A program made the translations under genes and the position numbers. A DNA stretch of 64,000 bases from Abditibacterium sp. (GTDB lineage Bacteria; Armatimonadota; Abditibacteriia; Abditibacteriales; Abditibacteriaceae). The stretch is taken from assembly GCA_965199495.1 (NCBI GenBank), contig CBDASK010000003.1, forward strand, positions 2,016,001 through 2,080,000. Direction: 5' to 3'. Below, piece by piece: positions 60,454-64,000 of this stretch; the first letter of the stretch is position 1, and the number at the start of each line of letters is the position of its first letter. Under the pieces are notes generated by a model, which was given only the letters and a program-made list of their open reading frames with translations, was not told the DNA's origin and did no database searches.

Positions 60454-61895
60454 TATCGTTGATATTCAACCGGCAACCGCACCATAAAAACCGCGCCGCC
60501 CTGCGTGCCATTGCGCGCGCTCACCGCGCCGCCGTGACTACACACAATCGCTTTGACAATCGCCAAACCCAAACCCATGCCGCCCGATTTGCGGTCGCGC
60601 GAACTGTCGGCGCGATAAAAGCGGTCGAAGACGCGCTCCAATGCGTCCGCGCCCAGACCGACGCCGCTATCTTCGACGATTAAACAACAATTTTCGCCGT
60701 CGCTCTCTACCGTCACGGCGACGTGGCTGCCGCGCGGCGCGTAGCGCAACGCGTTGTCGAGCAAATTATCAATCACTTCGCGCAGACGGTCGGCATCGCC
60801 CATCACGCGCGTGACTTCGGGCGCGTCGAAATCCAAAATCACCATGTTTGCCGCCGCGCGCGCCGCGTGCGATTTGACCGATTGCGCAACGATTGCGCTC
60901 AAATCGCACACTTCAAACGGGCGCGCCATGCTTCCTGCGTCGGCGCGCGAAAGCGTCAACAGTGCCGTTACTAAACGCGATAATCGTTCGATCTCGCCCA
61001 GCGAAACTTGCAGCGTTTCGCGATAATCTTCGTTCGTGCGCGGACGGCGTAGCGCGACTTCGACGGTGCCGCGCAGGTTGGAAAGCGGCGAGCGCAGTTC
61101 GTGCGAAGCGTCGGCGACGAAGCGACGCTGACTGGCAATCAAAGTCTGTTGCGCGGCGAAAGCGGCTTCGAGGCGCGCCAACATTTCGTTCAAAACCTGC
61201 GTCACATCGGCGATTTCGGCGTCGGGCGCCGCGACCGCGATGCGCGAATTTAAACTTTCTTCGCCGATTTCGCGCGCGGCCAAAGCCATTTGTTCGAGCG
61301 GTTGCGTCAGGCGTTTTGCGAGTGCGCCCGCGCCCAGCGATGCAGCCACGCCGCCCAGCAACAACGAAAGCGAAAGCGCCATCAACAGCGATTGCAACGC
61401 TTTTTGCATCGGGCGTTGCGGAATGCTGACGATTGCCAGCAAATGCTCGCCGCCCGGCGCGCGAAACGGATAGTAAATGCAGCGCAACGGTTCGGCGCCC
61501 AAATGAATATCGGCGAAGGTAATCTCGCCCGCGCGCGCGCGTTTTTCTTCGGCGGGAGCGCGGCTGAGTTGGGGGCCGCGCTGCAAATTTGGCGTGCGCG
61601 CGATGACGCGGTCGCGGCTATTTTCGATTTGCGCGAATTTCTCGTAGCCCGGCTGTGATTGGAGCGAAAGCGCGCTCGCATCATTGGAATGAACGTGAAT
61701 CTTGCCGTTTGGCCCATCGTCCGCCGAGGCGATTTCGGCGGCGGCGATGCTGCGCAACGCGTCGTCCAAACTGGCGCGCAACGCCTGACGCACACCCAGA
61801 TAAACGCCCGCGCCCGCCACCAACAAAATGCCCAGACACAGCGAAGTCGTCGCTAACATAATGCGACGGCGCAGTGTGGTTTGGTGGCGTTTCAT
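60453..61895 (-). CDS. Sensor histidine kinase (HAMP, CusS/CzcS-like)
   Basis: Two TM segments, HAMP, FVADASHELRSPL, NLLDNALRY, FDRFYRAD and GLGLAI. Confidence 0.93.
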   Translation of the reverse strand: MKRHQTTLRRRIMLATTSLCLGILLVAGAGVYLGVRQALRASLDDALRSIAAAEIASADDGPNGKIHVHSNDASALSLQSQPGYEKFAQIENSRDRVIARTPNLQRGPQLSRAPAEEKRARAGEITFADIHLGAEPLRCIYYPFRAPGGEHLLAIVSIPQRPMQKALQSLLMALSLSLLLGGVAASLGAGALAKRLTQPLEQMALAAREIGEESLNSRIAVAAPDAEIADVTQVLNEMLARLEAAFAAQQTLIASQRRFVADASHELRSPLSNLRGTVEVALRRPRTNEDYRETLQVSLGEIERLSRLVTALLTLSRADAGSMARPFEVCDLSAIVAQSVKSHAARAAANMVILDFDAPEVTRVMGDADRLREVIDNLLDNALRYAPRGSHVAVTVESDGENCCLIVEDSGVGLGADALERVFDRFYRADSSRDRKSGGMGLGLAIVKAIVCSHGGAVSARNGTQGGAVFMVRLPVEYQR

Positions 61896-61981
61896 AGTGG
61901 AAAAGTTGTGGCCGTTTCAGCAGTACAGGCGTGCAAGCGGGGCTGACGCTCGACGAAATGTATTGTCGCCACGGCTAAAAA

Positions 61982-62072
61982 GGTTCGGAGTAGGCGCGTG
62001 AGCGCCTTGAGAAAATTAATTCAGTTGCTGAAGTCCTCGCGTTTTGAGGCGCTTACGCGCCTACTCCGAACC
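61982..62072. repeat. GTAG-type REP doublet, family H; overlaps the regulator stop codon
   Basis: GGTTCGGAGTAGGCGCGTRAGCGCCT at 61982-62007 and inverted at 62047-62072. Confidence 0.82.
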
Positions 62073-62735
62073 CCGATTTATCGGCAAAACATAACCCATG
62101 CCGCGCACGGTCTCAATGCGCTCGCGCCCGATTTTGTTGCGCAAATAACGCACGTAAACATCCACGACGTTGGAATCCGGCTCCATATCGCTGTCCCAGA
62201 CGTGTTCCCACAGCGCCGTGCGCGTGACGACGCGGCCCGCGTGGTAGGCGAAATATTCGAGCAATTGATATTCGCGCGCCGTCAACGGCACGGTTTGCCC
62301 GGCGCGCATGACGCGGCGCCGCGCGGTATCAACGGTCAAATCGCCGAACTCGAAAATCGCCGTGCCCGACGCATTTGTATGGCGGCGCAAGAGTGCCCGC
62401 ACGCGCGCCAACAATTCCTCGAAAGCAAACGGTTTGATCAAATAATCGTCGCCGCCCAAATTCAAACCCTGCACGCGGTCGCTGATGTCGTCGCGCGCGG
62501 TCAAAAACAAAATAGGCGTCGTCAATCCTTCGTCGCGCCACTGTTTGCACAGCGAAAACCCATCGCCGCCCGGCAGCATTACGTCGAGCAGAATCGCGTC
62601 GTACCCGTAAACGCCGACCGACTTTTGCGCCTCGCGCACATCAACAGCCACGTCCACGACAAAGCCTTCTTCGGACAGGCCGCGCCGCAGATAAGCCGCC
62701 GTTGGCGCTTCGTCTTCGACAATTAAAAGTTTCAT
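62061..62735 (-). CDS. OmpR/PhoB-family response regulator (CusR/CzcR-like)
   Basis: LIVEDE, LDVMLP, GGDDYLIKPF, SNVVDVYVRYLR and ETVRGMGY. Confidence 0.95.
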   Translation of the reverse strand: MKLLIVEDEAPTAAYLRRGLSEEGFVVDVAVDVREAQKSVGVYGYDAILLDVMLPGGDGFSLCKQWRDEGLTTPILFLTARDDISDRVQGLNLGGDDYLIKPFAFEELLARVRALLRRHTNASGTAIFEFGDLTVDTARRRVMRAGQTVPLTAREYQLLEYFAYHAGRVVTRTALWEHVWDSDMEPDSNVVDVYVRYLRNKIGRERIETVRGMGYVLPINRGSE

Positions 62736-62772
62736 TTTTCGGCCTCGTTATCTTCAGCGTAACACGCCGACA

Positions 62773-62821
62773 ATGAGAAAACGATGAGAAACTTTTCACG
62801 GCTTTCTCATCGGTTTCTCAT
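62773..62821. promoter_or_regulatory. ATGAGAAA repeats with 11-bp period on both strands in the divergent promoter
   Basis: ATGAGA at 62773 and 62784. TCTCAT at 62805 and 62816, with degenerate TTTCAC at 62794. Confidence 0.7.
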
Positions 62822-62857
62822 GTGGGCGCTTCAAACTGGCAAAATTGAATTGATATT

Positions 62858-63553
62858 ATGCCCCAGACTCCGCACGTCGAGCATCATTTTACCGCGTCCG
62901 AAACCATCCGCGACATCGTCATCGGCATGGCCGATGGCTTGACGGTTCCGTTCGCCCTCGCCGCCGGATTGTCGGGCGCCGTTGATACCACGCGCATTAT
63001 CGTGACGGCGGGTTTGGCCGAAATCGCCGCCGGTTCGATTGCGATGGGTTTGGGCGGTTATCTGGCCGCGCGCAGCGACGCCGAACATTACAGCAGCGAA
63101 CGCATTCGCGAAGAGCGTGAAGTCGTGGAAAAGCCCGCAGCCGAAATGCGCGAAGTCGCCGAAGTTTTCGAGTCTTACGGCTTGACGCCCGCGCAAAGCG
63201 CGCCGATTGTCGAGGCGCTGAGTAAAAATCCGAAAGCGTGGGTGGATTTTATGATGCGCTTCGAGTTGGGTTTGGAAGAACCCGATCCCAAACGCGCCCT
63301 GACCAGCGCATTAACCATCGCGGCTTCTTATATCGGCGGCGGATTTATTCCGCTCGCGCCCTACATTACGCTGTCGAGCGCGTCGCGCGCCCTGCCGATT
63401 TCGGTCGTTTTGACGCTGTTGGCGCTGGCGATTTTCGGTTACGTCAAAGGCCGTTTCACCGGCACGGCGCCGCTCAAAAGCGCAATTCAAACCGCGCTCA
63501 TCGGCGGCATCGCGGCGGCGGCAGCGTTTGGCATCGCGCGGATGATTGCTTGA
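62858..63553 (+). CDS. VIT1/CCC1 family Fe/Mn transporter
   Basis: RDIVIGMADGL, AGSIAMGLGGYL, MMRFELG and GGFIPLAPY. Confidence 0.93.
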   Translation: MPQTPHVEHHFTASETIRDIVIGMADGLTVPFALAAGLSGAVDTTRIIVTAGLAEIAAGSIAMGLGGYLAARSDAEHYSSERIREEREVVEKPAAEMREVAEVFESYGLTPAQSAPIVEALSKNPKAWVDFMMRFELGLEEPDPKRALTSALTIAASYIGGGFIPLAPYITLSSASRALPISVVLTLLALAIFGYVKGRFTGTAPLKSAIQTALIGGIAAAAAFGIARMIA

Positions 63554-63571
63554 TTTCAAACAAAACACACC

Positions 63572-63973
63572 ATGAACAAATCTAAAATTATTGTCTCCCC
63601 AGTTATCGTTATGTTGGCGATGTTCGCGATTCTCGTCACGGGCGCGATTCACTTCAAACTCGCGCCCGACGCGTGGGGCGACGCGCATTATAAAGGCGTT
63701 CTCTTCGCGCTCAACGGTCTGGGCGCGCTCCTTTCGGCTGTTGGCATTTATCTCGGCGCGCGCAGTTGGGGCTGGGGATTGGGCCTACTCATTGCGGCAG
63801 GTTCGATTGCGGCTTATGTCGCCTCGCGCACCATCGGCTTGCCGGGTTTGCCCGCCGAACCCGACGCGTGGCTCGAACCTTTGGGCGTGGCTTCACTTGT
63901 CGCCGAAGGTGTATTCGTCGCATTGGCGACGTGGGTTTTGAGCCGAGGCAATCCAAGCCAAACCGCGAGATAA
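63572..63973 (+). CDS. Hypothetical membrane protein
   Basis: Four TM segments with SRTIGLPG and W.EPLG motifs. Follows VIT1. Confidence 0.75.
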   Translation: MNKSKIIVSPVIVMLAMFAILVTGAIHFKLAPDAWGDAHYKGVLFALNGLGALLSAVGIYLGARSWGWGLGLLIAAGSIAAYVASRTIGLPGLPAEPDAWLEPLGVASLVAEGVFVALATWVLSRGNPSQTAR

Positions 63974-64000
63974 AACGTCGCCCGAAAAATAAAACACACA

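Overview
Chromosomal origin region of a GC-rich diderm bacterium. The gene content (DUF1559 prepilin-like protein, DUF6785 membrane protein, TonB/ExbBD, DciA) suggests Abditibacteriota/Armatimonadota, which is an inference. Core genes are xseA-xseB-ispA-dxs, rpmH (missing from the ORF track), dnaA, dnaN, recF, dciA, serS, efp and argC. Accessory genes include a TonB uptake locus, a secreted-protein cluster with a SARP/NB-ARC regulator, a large hybrid kinase, and a katE-dps / two-component / VIT1 block. No rRNA, tRNA, CRISPR array, integrase or transposase was seen. The most unusual signals: (1) a four-helix-bundle gene inserted in an operon between complementary heptamer arrays, with gene-less heptamer arrays elsewhere; (2) a strongly over-represented non-palindromic CGTGGCT(G) motif with no strand bias; (3) an ArgRS-like protein lacking its catalytic motifs; (4) an RGPP leader peptide upstream of a TonB-dependent receptor; (5) a duplicated rpmH 3' end bracketing a gene islet, containing a MITE whose empty site is also present; (6) about eight families of long intergenic palindromes; (7) a split oriC interleaved with accessory genes. 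All counts and alignments were done by eye.
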